Assembly (NCBI RefSeq): GCF_963677005.1
Contig: NZ_OY781616.1
Location: forward strand, 2,040,766-2,104,765
From: Maridesulfovibrio sp.
GTDB lineage: Bacteria > Desulfobacterota > Desulfovibrionia > Desulfovibrionales > Desulfovibrionaceae
DNA length: 64,000 nucleotides
Direction of reading: 5' to 3'
A program made the translations under genes and the position numbers. Below, one piece after another: positions 9,186-18,584 of this stretch. The number at the start of each line of letters is the position of its first letter. The stretch's first letter is position 1. The notes below the pieces were generated by a model that made no database searches, had not been told where the DNA came from, and saw only the letters and a program-made list of their open reading frames with translations.

Positions 9186-9276
9186 GGCCGTTCACCCCCG
9201 TTGCGCCCGGTCATGGAGGCATATGGCCTGTCGCACGGGATAAAAACATTTTATAAATACAGTTAGGGAGATAGTA

Positions 9277-10530
9277 ATGAGTACGAGCAGTACAGACTAC
9301 AACTTCAGGGCAAGAGATTTTGTTCTGGGCGCACAGATGCTTTTCGTGGCTTTCGGAGCGCTTGTCCTTGTCCCGCTTCTTACCGGTCTGGATACCAACG
9401 TTGCGTTGTTCACCGCCGGAGCCGGTACGCTGCTGTTCCAGATTGTAACCAAAGGAAGGGTTCCCGTCTTTCTGGCATCTTCCTTTGCTTTCATCGCCCC
9501 CATCATCTACGGAGTGCAGACCTGGGGGATTCCTTCCACCCTCTGCGGGCTGGCCGCTGCCGGTCTGTTCTACGTAATCCTGAGTTTTCTGATCCGTCTG
9601 AAAGGGACTGAAATGCTCAGCAGAATTCTTCCCCCTGTCGTCACGGGACCGGTCATCATGGTCATCGGGTTGATACTTGCTCCGGTAGCGGTATTCATGG
9701 CCACCGGGAAAACAGGTGACGGCTCGGCCATACTTGTTCCCGAAAAAACAGCATTAATCCTCTCCATGACCTCTCTGGCCGTTACTGTTGCCGCATCCCT
9801 GTTCGGCAAGGGCTGGCTGAAACTTATACCTATTTTATGCGGTATCGGGGCCGGATATCTTGTATCCATCTTCCTCGGCCTTGTAAGCTTTGAAGCTGTG
9901 GCCGCCGCTCCGTGGATCGCCATGCCCAACTTCACCTTTCCTGAATGGAACCTTCAGGCTGTTCTGTTCATTGTTCCGGTAGCAATTGCTCCGGCCATTG
10001 AACACTTCGGGGATATTCTGGCTATCAGCTCTGTCGCCGGGAAAAATTACGTGGAAGATCCGGGGATACAGAACACCATGCTCGGAGACGGTCTGGCCAC
10101 CTCTCTTGCCGCCTGCCTTGGCGGACCGCCGAACACAACCTACTCTGAAGTAACCGGCGCTGTAGCACTGGTAAAGGCATTCAACCCCGCAATCATGACC
10201 TGGGCCTCGATAGTGGCCATAGTGCTCGCATTCTGCGGCAAGGTCGGAGCCTTTCTGGCAACCATCCCCGTACCGGTCATGGGCGGCATCATGGTCCTTC
10301 TGTTCGGCGCCATCATGGTTGTGGGAATGAACACTCTTGTGCGTTCCGGTGAAGACCTCATGGAACCGCGCAACCTCGCTATCGTGGCCCTCATCGTCAT
10401 TTTCGGAGTCGGAGGCATGTCCGTACCTACCCCGTTCAGCGATGAATTCCGTCTCGGCGGAATCGGGCTGGCAGGCATACTCGGGGTTGTTCTCAACCTC
10501 ATCCTGCCCAGACCGGCCAAATCAGAATAA
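9277..10530 (+). CDS. uraA: Uracil permease (NCS2 family)
   Basis: 417-aa protein with about 12-14 TM segments and NCS2-type segments (FQIVTKGRVPVFLASSFAF, PNTTYSEVTGAV). It is adjacent to upp. Confidence 0.88.
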   Translation: MSTSSTDYNFRARDFVLGAQMLFVAFGALVLVPLLTGLDTNVALFTAGAGTLLFQIVTKGRVPVFLASSFAFIAPIIYGVQTWGIPSTLCGLAAAGLFYVILSFLIRLKGTEMLSRILPPVVTGPVIMVIGLILAPVAVFMATGKTGDGSAILVPEKTALILSMTSLAVTVAASLFGKGWLKLIPILCGIGAGYLVSIFLGLVSFEAVAAAPWIAMPNFTFPEWNLQAVLFIVPVAIAPAIEHFGDILAISSVAGKNYVEDPGIQNTMLGDGLATSLAACLGGPPNTTYSEVTGAVALVKAFNPAIMTWASIVAIVLAFCGKVGAFLATIPVPVMGGIMVLLFGAIMVVGMNTLVRSGEDLMEPRNLAIVALIVIFGVGGMSVPTPFSDEFRLGGIGLAGILGVVLNLILPRPAKSE

Positions 10531-10589
10531 TAACGAAGTCCGATCAACCGGATTGTCCGGTTGATTTATATAGAGGCTTGTGAAGAGAT

Positions 10590-10627
10590 ATACCCGGACG
10601 GTGAAAGCTGTCCGGGTATGTTTTTTT
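10590..10627 (+). terminator. Rho-independent terminator after uraA
   Basis: ATACCCGGAC...GTCCGGGTAT stem followed by a T7 run. A second hairpin, GATCAACCGG...CCGGTTGATT, lies at 10542-10566. Confidence 0.6.
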
Positions 10628-10633
10628 AACTGG

Positions 10634-11566
10634 CTAACGTACGTTCTGAACTCTCAAATAAAGCACAAGCCCGGTCATGGTCAGAAGAATTCCGCCCCAG
10701 CCAAGGGGGCCGGGCAGGGCTCCGCCCAGAAACAGAACTTCTCCGAGCAGTGAAAAGACCACTTCCATGGATTGAGTGCAGTCTGCTGCGGCAAGTTCGG
10801 CCGCAGACCTTGCTTTGTGGCGTGCATAGAGAAAAAGGCTGGTCGCCGCCACCCCGGAGAAAACAGCCACAAGAGCCGTGTTCAGCAACTGATTTGTTGA
10901 GGGAACCGGAGGTTCAACCGCCACGATAAGCACTGCCCACAACGGCAGCGAACCGAGGGTAAGCAGCAGCACCCGGCAGAAGGGATCATCCATGGCAGGA
11001 GAATCCAGCCGGGGGATAAGCTTTCCTCCGCCGTTGCGGGCCTCCCATACCAACTGATTCCCCAGGGGATAGGCAAAGGCCGCAACCAGAACAGGCAGCG
11101 CACCGAGCAGCACGGCGTTCCATGAACTTTGCTCCACACTTTCAATATTCACCAGCAGGACCCCGGCAAAGATTATCAGGGTAAGCAGCATGGCCCGCAA
11201 AGGAATCTTCCGCCCGAAACCGAGAAGAACTATCGGGGTCGCCAGTATGGTTGTCTGCCATGTGGCGGCAACGACCCAGCCCGGAGCGTAAGAGGCGCTG
11301 AATGACAGGAGGGCGTAAAAAACGCCGAAACCGATTCCCCCGGCAATGGTCCAGAAAACGAAATGACGTCGGTACAGATCAAACGATTCAACCAGCAGCT
11401 TACGGCGCAGGACAAGAAGACCGGCACAAAGCAGTACGAGCATCCAGACGTATCTGAGGCTGGCCGACCAGACCCAGTGGCCGCCTTCAAGGCTCATGGC
11501 ACGATTGAGAATGAATGTGGAACTGAAAAACAGGGCTGCCAGAATTCCGGTCAGGATAATCTTCAT
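10634..11566 (-). CDS. DMT-superfamily (EamA/multidrug-efflux-like) 10-TM transporter
   Basis: The protein is hydrophobic throughout. I chose the ATG at 11566 (MKIILTGILAALFF...) rather than the longer ORF-track start, whose first 22 residues are non-membrane junk. Confidence 0.65.
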   Translation of the reverse strand: MKIILTGILAALFFSSTFILNRAMSLEGGHWVWSASLRYVWMLVLLCAGLLVLRRKLLVESFDLYRRHFVFWTIAGGIGFGVFYALLSFSASYAPGWVVAATWQTTILATPIVLLGFGRKIPLRAMLLTLIIFAGVLLVNIESVEQSSWNAVLLGALPVLVAAFAYPLGNQLVWEARNGGGKLIPRLDSPAMDDPFCRVLLLTLGSLPLWAVLIVAVEPPVPSTNQLLNTALVAVFSGVAATSLFLYARHKARSAAELAAADCTQSMEVVFSLLGEVLFLGGALPGPLGWGGILLTMTGLVLYLRVQNVR

Positions 11567-11710
11567 GGCTTTTCTCCGGAATATTTTGATAATGAATCTG
11601 AATGAGTATCCAATAGGCAATGGAAAGTCCACCGAACAGATAAAGGAAACAGGATATATAGCGAAAAATCAGACCGAAGACTTTCTGTATTTTTTACTTG
11701 GGCTCAATAC

Positions 11711-11760
11711 GAAAAGGCTGAAACCGAACGTAACCGAAGTACGCGAGTTTCAGCCTTTTT
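11711..11760 (-). terminator. Hairpin terminator downstream of the amidohydrolase operon
   Basis: AAAGGCTGAAAC (11713-11724) pairs with GTTTCAGCCTTT (11747-11758). U-rich flanks are present on both strands. Confidence 0.45.
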
Positions 11761-11820
11761 CCTATATAACGAAACCGGAAGCGCTTTATAGGCAGCATAC
11801 GGGATCAAACCCGCACACCG

Positions 11821-12966
11821 TCACAAAAGCTCTTCTATAACAGCCAGGAAGAAACTTGCCGCAACCGGCAGGATTTCGTCGTTGAAGTCGAAGCGGCTGT
11901 TATGCAGCGGAGCTGAATCTCGGCCGTTTCCTATCCAGACATAACACCCCTTGGTGTGCTGCATGAAGAAGGCATAATCCTCGGCGGCCATGGAGGATTC
12001 CAGACCTGTGAGGACATTTTCTTCGCCGACAACTTTCGCAGCCGCCCGAACAGCGATATCCGGGGTAGTGTTCACCAGCACCGGATGCTTGCGCACGTAA
12101 TCAAGTTCAGTCTCCACGCCGTACATAATTGCGACGCCATCGGCCACCTGCCCTACGGAATCCTCTATGAGATCCCTGATTTCCTCACTGCAGGTACGCA
12201 CATTGCCCTGAACCAGAACTCTGTCCGGGATGCCGTTACGCAGGCTGCCGCCGTGGACCTGGGTTATCGAGACAACACCGCGTTCATGGGAAGGGACCTT
12301 GCGCGGAACAATGGTCTGCACTCCCTTGATGATGTCGGCCACAGCCGCAAAGGGCTCGTTACAGACGTGCGGCATGGATGCGTGCCCGCTCTTGCCGGTA
12401 ACGTGAATTTCAAAACGGTCTTCGGAGGCCATGCAGGCGCCGCTGTGCACGGCGATCTTTCCGGGCTCAACACCCGGCCAGGCATGAAAGCCGAACATAT
12501 AATCGACCTTGTATTTCTCGAAGAAGCCGTCTTCTATTACCCGCAGGGCTCCCTCATACCCTTCTTCTCCGGACTGAAAAAGCAGCAGAACGGTTCCGTT
12601 GAAATCACGGTGCTCGGAAAGGTATGCGGCCAGAGTGATAAGCGAAGTACAGTGGCCGTCATGCCCGCAGGCATGCATCTTTCCGGCAGTCTGCGATCTG
12701 TGGGGGAAATCGTTCTCCTCGTCCATCGCAAGGGCATCCATATCCACACGGAAGGCCACTGTCGTATCTCCCTCACCGCCCTTTATCTCGGCAACAAGGG
12801 AATTCACACCGATATCGGAATACGAAATCCCGTATCCGTCCAGTCTGGACTTGATCAGCCTGACGGTTTCCACCGTATCCAGTCCAACTTCCGGGTTCTG
12901 GTGGATTTGGCGGCGCACGGCCTTCATTTCATCAAACAGCGCAAGTACTTCGGGATTAATCCCCAT
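11821..12966 (-). CDS. M20-family amidohydrolase (N-acyl-amino acid / hippurate hydrolase type)
   Basis: 381-aa ORF with the metal-binding signature MHACGHDGH, the GEEG motif (FQSGEEGYEGA) and an HNSRFDF C-terminal motif. Confidence 0.9.
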   Translation of the reverse strand: MGINPEVLALFDEMKAVRRQIHQNPEVGLDTVETVRLIKSRLDGYGISYSDIGVNSLVAEIKGGEGDTTVAFRVDMDALAMDEENDFPHRSQTAGKMHACGHDGHCTSLITLAAYLSEHRDFNGTVLLLFQSGEEGYEGALRVIEDGFFEKYKVDYMFGFHAWPGVEPGKIAVHSGACMASEDRFEIHVTGKSGHASMPHVCNEPFAAVADIIKGVQTIVPRKVPSHERGVVSITQVHGGSLRNGIPDRVLVQGNVRTCSEEIRDLIEDSVGQVADGVAIMYGVETELDYVRKHPVLVNTTPDIAVRAAAKVVGEENVLTGLESSMAAEDYAFFMQHTKGCYVWIGNGRDSAPLHNSRFDFNDEILPVAASFFLAVIEELL

Positions 12967-13425
12967 TTAGATGTCTCCCATGTACTTGAGCACACCCTGG
13001 GCGATGGCCGCGGATGCAATATAAGTGGAAATCATAACAAAAAGGCTGACCACAACGATACGCCAACCGCTTTTCTTGAACGCATCAAGATCCTTACCGA
13101 TAGCCACACCGGCATAGGCAAGAATGGGTGTGGTCAAAGCCAGAAAGTGGACCTTGGCTACGTATGCGTTGACGGTTTCAGAAAGGGGAACTCCGGGCAG
13201 GGTGACAATAACCCCGTAGGTGATGACGAAAAGTACGGAAGGTATTTTCCTGAACACGAACATATTTGTAGCCACACCGGCAATACAGATCAGGAGCAGG
13301 ATGCCCATACCGGGCAGGGCCTCGACCATATTGTTGCTGAAACCGGCCTGGTTGCCGATCAGGACCATTATGCTCACGATGATGAGCACGATTAACGATT
13401 CTAAAAGATTCTGTGCTTTAGTCAT
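12967..13425 (-). CDS. Small polytopic membrane protein, likely the partner subunit of the upstream membrane protein
   Basis: 152-aa ORF with 4-5 TM segments. Its stop abuts the start of the M20 gene, and its start overlaps the stop of the upstream gene, which suggests translational coupling. Confidence 0.65.
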   Translation of the reverse strand: MTKAQNLLESLIVLIIVSIMVLIGNQAGFSNNMVEALPGMGILLLICIAGVATNMFVFRKIPSVLFVITYGVIVTLPGVPLSETVNAYVAKVHFLALTTPILAYAGVAIGKDLDAFKKSGWRIVVVSLFVMISTYIASAAIAQGVLKYMGDI

Positions 13426-14225
13426 TACGCGGCCTCCGAAGAAGTCTTGAATTTGAGTTTGTACAGGTAGGCATACAATTTGTTGGACAGGGGCAGGGCA
13501 ATAATCAGAGACATGTAGACACCGTCAATACCGGACAGGGTGTTGCTGGCCACGCCGAAAGCCTGAATCTGCTCGGCCATGGCAGGATAGGCGGCACTGA
13601 GACTCCCGATAGAAGCGGTCATCATGCTCGCGCTGCCCACACCGGAGGCCATGGCCAGTGCATAGGGATGGAAAATGTTGAAGGCGGCAAGAAGGGAAGC
13701 CATCAATCCGAAAAAGATGGTTCCGAAAACGGTTCCGCAGATGTAAACGCCCATAACTCCGCGCCCTTCGGCGGAATCAAGGCCGTAAATATCACCGATG
13801 AGAGCGACATTGGGCTCACGGGCAATGGAATGTGCGGCACCTACAGCTTCGCGCCTGAGCCCGAGATACATGGCGATGGGGATACCTATGAACAGGGTGG
13901 CGATGTTACCGAATTCCTGCAGGACAAGAGCCGGACCGGCCTTGAGGATATCATAGAATTTCGGACCAACAAGGGTTCCGTAACGGGCCATAAGCAGAAG
14001 CAGGGTCAGGCCGACCAGTGTGCTGGCCTGAAACATTTCCTTTTCCTTGACGACTTTCAGAAATTTGGGCCCGAGAAAAATACCCATGAACATTGCATAC
14101 AGCATGGGCAGCAGAACAAGCTTACCGGGGCCGACCTTGAAAGTAATGATTCCGATCAGTTCCGAAACCACCACCAGCACGAGTACCACCAGGTGCAGTT
14201 TCACGTTCTTCACAGCATCGTTCAT
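13425..14225 (-). CDS. Polytopic membrane protein (possibly DUF3100-type), putative transporter
   Basis: The protein is hydrophobic throughout. I chose the ATG at 14225 (MNDAVKNVKLH...), which has GGAG 8 nt upstream. The family name is from memory and is tentative. Confidence 0.65.
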   Translation of the reverse strand: MNDAVKNVKLHLVVLVLVVVSELIGIITFKVGPGKLVLLPMLYAMFMGIFLGPKFLKVVKEKEMFQASTLVGLTLLLLMARYGTLVGPKFYDILKAGPALVLQEFGNIATLFIGIPIAMYLGLRREAVGAAHSIAREPNVALIGDIYGLDSAEGRGVMGVYICGTVFGTIFFGLMASLLAAFNIFHPYALAMASGVGSASMMTASIGSLSAAYPAMAEQIQAFGVASNTLSGIDGVYMSLIIALPLSNKLYAYLYKLKFKTSSEAA

Positions 14226-14350
14226 AAAAACACTCCACTGTTGCGGCCGCACAAGCGGCCTTTTGATTTAGTGCAATACTGTCCGCAGCGGACAGGTCCT
14301 CCAGCACACCCCCGGCCCCGTTGTCCGGGGTTCGTTTAAGGGGACAGACA

Positions 14351-14385
14351 TATTTTCGGACACGACATAAATATGTCCGAAAATG
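14351..14385. promoter_or_regulatory. Operator-like inverted repeat, site 1 (upstream of the transporter/amidohydrolase operon)
   Basis: TATTTTCGGACA-N11-TGTCCGAAAATG. The arms TTTTCGGACA and TGTCCGAAAA are perfect reverse complements. The layout is the same as site 2. Confidence 0.5.
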
Positions 14386-14404
14386 CGCCTAAAAAAATCC
14401 TGAC

Positions 14405-15688
14405 TTATATGAGAAGCCGAACCATCTTTTTGGGACGGCCGACCTTGCGGGCAGCCTCGCTGCCGTTGAATTCGGCATACCCGCTGTCCAGAAATTTCTT
14501 GAGCACCCTGCGGGCGCTCCGCTCACCTATGCCGAGACAGGCAGCAAGATCCGAGGAATCAAAAGTATCCTTGCGCGTCTTTTCCATCAGGGCCTTGATT
14601 CTGGCCAGATAACTGGGGCTGATGCCGATCTTTCCGGACATGTCCAAAAGCCTGTCATCCACCACATGAGTGGAATATTCAAGCTCGTCCGCTTCCCCTA
14701 TGGGTCCTCTGATCCGGGCGCCTTCAACAACAAACAAGCCTCCTCTGGAAAGCTGAGAAGCGTTGTCCAGCGCCTTGCGAGCCGATTTTTCCGCCTCAAA
14801 GGCCGTGGCGCCGATCCCTATCCCGGAAGAAAAAATAATGTTGCGTTCCCTGCCCCAGGCAAGAAGCCTCAGGAAATGCGCCCGGTGCAGTTCACTTTCA
14901 ATAAGTCCCCGCGTGGCGAATATGACGTGTTCCTCGGTTCCGAAATTGAACAGACTGCCCTGAATTGCCCTGACATATTCGAGCAGTTCAAGATAAAACC
15001 GCCCGCCGTTCTTCATATCGTCATACTGGTTGATGGAACTGCGGGAGATTGAGTTCAACCGGACGAGCTGTATGGCTATGCCTGCCGAACGCAGGCTGCG
15101 GGTACGTATGCGGCTGACAAGCCGGGTGACCGTATCGTGAATCTGCAGATTGCTTGCATACAGCCGGAAGACAGGCAAACCCAGTTTCTTCAGTTCATTA
15201 AAGACGTAGCCGAAACCGGTGGCAATGGCCTCCACCTGACCGGATTCATAAAGTTCCACGTGACGGTCAAAATAATCCTGTTCGTTGAGATAAATGGCAA
15301 AAGGCATGGAATGGATACTCTCAAGCTCGACTCCGAACTCCTTGACCACTTCCACAAGGATGTCGTCACTGACCACGTCAATGGAAAGTTTACCGGACAT
15401 GATACCGCTGCGGTGCATTTCGGACAGCACCCGCAACAGGCTGTATCCACCACGAGGGATGTGCTCGTAGGGTTTGGAAACGGTGCCCCTGGCCTTGGCT
15501 CCCTCCTGCACGGCAATACCGGTGAATAGAGTCCCTTGAGTCTCCCGCTGGCACTGTTCCAGAACTTCCCACGAATCTTCCGCCCGTTCACGTACGTAAG
15601 TACGCAACTCGACATCCGGACAACGCCGGGAAACAACCTCCTCCACGAGGTGAACGGAGTCCGAAGGACCTATGCAGCCAATTTTCAT
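14405..15688 (-). CDS. Transcriptional regulator with a C-terminal HTH; family unassigned (PucR/CdaR-like middle domain?)
   Basis: 427-aa ORF with a C-terminal HTH-like segment (SSDLAACLGIGERSARRVLKKFL). The middle segment, SSGIGIGATAFEAEKSARKALDNA, resembles GGDEF-like regulator domains. Confidence 0.6.
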   Translation of the reverse strand: MKIGCIGPSDSVHLVEEVVSRRCPDVELRTYVRERAEDSWEVLEQCQRETQGTLFTGIAVQEGAKARGTVSKPYEHIPRGGYSLLRVLSEMHRSGIMSGKLSIDVVSDDILVEVVKEFGVELESIHSMPFAIYLNEQDYFDRHVELYESGQVEAIATGFGYVFNELKKLGLPVFRLYASNLQIHDTVTRLVSRIRTRSLRSAGIAIQLVRLNSISRSSINQYDDMKNGGRFYLELLEYVRAIQGSLFNFGTEEHVIFATRGLIESELHRAHFLRLLAWGRERNIIFSSGIGIGATAFEAEKSARKALDNASQLSRGGLFVVEGARIRGPIGEADELEYSTHVVDDRLLDMSGKIGISPSYLARIKALMEKTRKDTFDSSDLAACLGIGERSARRVLKKFLDSGYAEFNGSEAARKVGRPKKMVRLLI

Positions 15689-15746
15689 TAATCAACCTGT
15701 GTGCTGAGGGATCAGGGGCAATCCGGAGAGACAGCTTGTATTTCGA

Positions 15747-15779
15747 TATTTTCGGAAATGTCACTAATATGTCCAAAAT
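15747..15779. promoter_or_regulatory. Operator-like inverted repeat, site 2 (upstream of the regulator gene)
   Basis: ATATTTTCGGAAATGTCACTAATATGTCCAAAAT aligns without gaps to site 1 (ATATTTTCGGACACGACATAAATATGTCCGAAAAT). It lies 59-91 nt upstream of the ATG at 15688. Confidence 0.5.
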
Positions 15780-16014
15780 TTGTAAAATTGTGCACATGCA
15801 GACTGATCGTGTCAAGAGGGGGTAAATAATTGGGGCTGGAGAGCACCTAATTATAAAAGTGGTTTAATTCTATATGCGAAATTAAAAGCGGAAATAATTC
15901 TAAATAAGAAAATTAATATCAGATAAAATCTCAAAAAATAAATATCACCCTAACACGTACAAAATTACATCTATTACAATAACACTATACTGCCAATTGA
16001 ATACATAACTACAT

Positions 16015-16827
16015 CTATTCAAATAATTTCAATACCTTCACAACATCTTCAGGTGAGGGTATGCGCCCGCGGCTGAAAGCAGGTGCGTACGGCCTGCCGC
16101 GAAAAAAATCATGTGCCCAGCACACGACCGTCGGATGAAAGAATTCAGGGTTGTTCAGCACTATCTGTGCCTTTGCACGCCCGTCTTCCTGCTCCGCCAG
16201 GCCGGTAAAACCGGCTTCATGCCTTTCGTAAGTATACCGGACCCCGGAAATATGCCGAAACCGGAATCCGCCCAGGACACATTGAATCCAGAAATCCCAA
16301 TCCTCGTAGGCGGTATTCGCGGGATACCTTGCTCCGCTGTCCCAGACCTTGCGGTGAAAGACTGTTGCCGAGGGTATGACATTCTGGGTTCTGAGATAGA
16401 CAGGCTTGAATTCGGGAAGAAAAACTTCACGGGAATTTTCGGACGATTTCTCCAAGTAGTCGGTATACACGATGTGTCCGCCGGAATTACGGCGAAGTAC
16501 GTCAAGGCAGGATTCCAAAAACTCGGGGTGGAATGTATCATCCGGGTCCAGGCAGCAAAGATATTCGCCACGCGCCCTTTCCAGTCCGTAATTTCTGACC
16601 GGCCCCGGACGTCCGCTGCGCGCAGGGGTCAGAATTTCGAAACTCGCGCACTCCAGCCTCCCGGACCACTTTACGGCCTGCTCCATGGAATCATCAGTGC
16701 TTCCATCATCCACAAACAGGATCTGAACATCAGCAAGAGAAAAGGTCTGCGCCGCCAGCGAACTGAAAAAACGGTCGGCAAACCTGCCGTAATTATAATT
16801 CGGGATGACAATGGAAATCAGGCACAT
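16015..16827 (-). CDS. Family 2 glycosyltransferase
   Basis: The ATG at 16827 gives MCLISIVIPNYNYGRF...FVDDGSTDDS...CLDPDD, the classic GT-A motifs. The gene is flanked on both sides by AT-rich non-coding DNA. Confidence 0.85.
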   Translation of the reverse strand: MCLISIVIPNYNYGRFADRFFSSLAAQTFSLADVQILFVDDGSTDDSMEQAVKWSGRLECASFEILTPARSGRPGPVRNYGLERARGEYLCCLDPDDTFHPEFLESCLDVLRRNSGGHIVYTDYLEKSSENSREVFLPEFKPVYLRTQNVIPSATVFHRKVWDSGARYPANTAYEDWDFWIQCVLGGFRFRHISGVRYTYERHEAGFTGLAEQEDGRAKAQIVLNNPEFFHPTVVCWAHDFFRGRPYAPAFSRGRIPSPEDVVKVLKLFE

Positions 16828-17012
16828 GAATCCGTCCCGGTCTGCAAGATTTAAAAACACTATAGAAGCATTACGGAGCAACTACTCGGATATTCCGACA
16901 GAATGGCTCTACATCATCCACTCCAGCACCGCAGAATACACAACTATTCACCTGTTTAGAATGTTTTTATTCCATACTGGATATATGGCACAATGACTTC
17001 TGCCTTCCCGAT

Positions 17013-17042
17013 AAAAAAACTGAGGCCGCCCGAAGGCGGCCC
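17013..17042 (-). terminator. Rho-independent terminator after msrAB
   Basis: On the minus strand, GGCCGCC-TTCG-GGCGGCC is followed by CAGTTTTTTT. Confidence 0.65.
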
Positions 17043-17065
17043 GGCAAGCATCAACGTATCAATTC

Positions 17066-18169
17066 CTACTCAAAGAGGTGCAGATAATCTCCATACCCGT
17101 TACGGTCCATCTCTTCCCGGGGGATAAACCTCAAAGACGCTGAATTTATGCAGTATCTCAGCCCGGTTGGCCGTGGGCCGTCATCAAACACATGGCCAAG
17201 ATGCGAATCGGCTCTCCGCGAACGGACTTCGGTCCTTTTCATAAAAAAGGAATCATCCACCCGCTCGACAATGCCCTCGGGATCAATGGGACGGGTAAAA
17301 CTGGGCCATCCGGTTCCGGAGTCGAACTTATCAGCAGAACTGAACAAAGGTTCACCGGAAACGATATCCACGTATATTCCTTCACGCTTGTTGTCCCAAT
17401 ATTCATTATTGAAAGCAGGTTCTGTAGCATCGTTCCTGACAACATCGAACTGCAGCGGAGTCAGCCGTTGCTGCAGATTATTATCTCCGTTATCTTCAAC
17501 CTCCCCGTTTTCTATGGCAAAACCCTTCTCCGGATTGGAACCTCCCCAATGCTCCATTATGAATGAATTCCTGCCGGACAGAAAACGATACCAGGTATAC
17601 CGCGCCGGATTCTTCCTGTGGTAGTCCTGATGATATTCTTCAGCCGGATAAAACCTGCTGAATGGAAGTATTCCGGTCACTACCGGCCGGGAAAACACCC
17701 CGGAAGAATCAAGATCGGCAACGGCCTTTTCCGCAAGGGCCTTCTGGCCTTCATCGTGATAGAAAATCGCGGAACGGTACTGGCTGCCTCTGTCATTGAA
17801 CGAACCTCCCGGATCGGTGGGATCATGATGTTTGAAAAAGACCTCAAGGATCGTTTCATAACCGACTTTCGCCGTGTCAAATCGAACCTGTACAGCTTCA
17901 AGATGCCCTGTAGTGCCTGTGCCGACCTGCTCATAACTCGGGTTTTCAACGTCCCCGCCGGTATATCCGGAAACAACGTCAATCACGCCGTCAATCTTTT
18001 CCATATCCGCCTCGACACACCAGAAACAACCTCCGGCCAGTGTCGCTGTTGCAATTTCGCCAGCTTTTACCATCTCAGCCTCCTTTATTACCGAGTAAAA
18101 TCCCAGAGCAAATGCGACTCCAAGCAAACCCGCTGTGATCAGCTTCAAATACGAACCTGCATGTTTCAT
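17066..18169 (-). CDS. msrAB: Bifunctional methionine sulfoxide reductase MsrA-MsrB with an N-terminal signal/anchor
   Basis: The N-terminal hydrophobic segment is [15 protein letters not shown]. The MsrA active site GGCFWC is present, and the MsrB C-terminal half has [11 protein letters not shown]. Confidence 0.9.
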   Translation of the reverse strand: MKHAGSYLKLITAGLLGVAFALGFYSVIKEAEMVKAGEIATATLAGGCFWCVEADMEKIDGVIDVVSGYTGGDVENPSYEQVGTGTTGHLEAVQVRFDTAKVGYETILEVFFKHHDPTDPGGSFNDRGSQYRSAIFYHDEGQKALAEKAVADLDSSGVFSRPVVTGILPFSRFYPAEEYHQDYHRKNPARYTWYRFLSGRNSFIMEHWGGSNPEKGFAIENGEVEDNGDNNLQQRLTPLQFDVVRNDATEPAFNNEYWDNKREGIYVDIVSGEPLFSSADKFDSGTGWPSFTRPIDPEGIVERVDDSFFMKRTEVRSRRADSHLGHVFDDGPRPTGLRYCINSASLRFIPREEMDRNGYGDYLHLFE

Positions 18170-18584
18170 GGCATTCTCATTTATTAGTAATAGTAATTTA
18201 TATTAAATTAAGATGATAAATCTCCATGTCAAGTATGACACTGAAAATGATCGGAATTGCACAACATATAAGCATGAGCGATACCCGACATGCAGATTGA
18301 GAGATAAGGTTGATCTAATAGCGGATGAAAACTACGGGACTGCTGTATATTTCAAATTACATTGCATGGGACCGAAAAACACGTATATTAGCAAGAAACA
18401 TATTTGTAAGAGCGGCACTATTACAATCTACACAGATAACAGCAAAGACGAACAGTTCGGAACATAAGATGCTCCATAATAATTGAACTTGTTCAATGTC
18501 ACCAATAAATTAAAACGGCACGACATGCGGATTGCTGAATCAACTCAACAGCCATGCATAGCCTTAAATCACAATAAGTTACAT

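Noticed and set aside
11956-13395. 479-aa plus-strand ORF spanning the M20 amidohydrolase gene and the small membrane-protein gene
   Set aside because: It crosses a gene boundary on the opposite strand. It has an H/G/D-rich composition, no motifs and no RBS. The minus-strand genes have strong family signatures and translational coupling.
18213-18467. 84-aa ORF in the AT-rich region between msrAB and the PBP gene
   Set aside because: The DNA is AT-rich, the composition is odd, and there is no RBS or recognisable motif. It is most likely promoter or spacer DNA.
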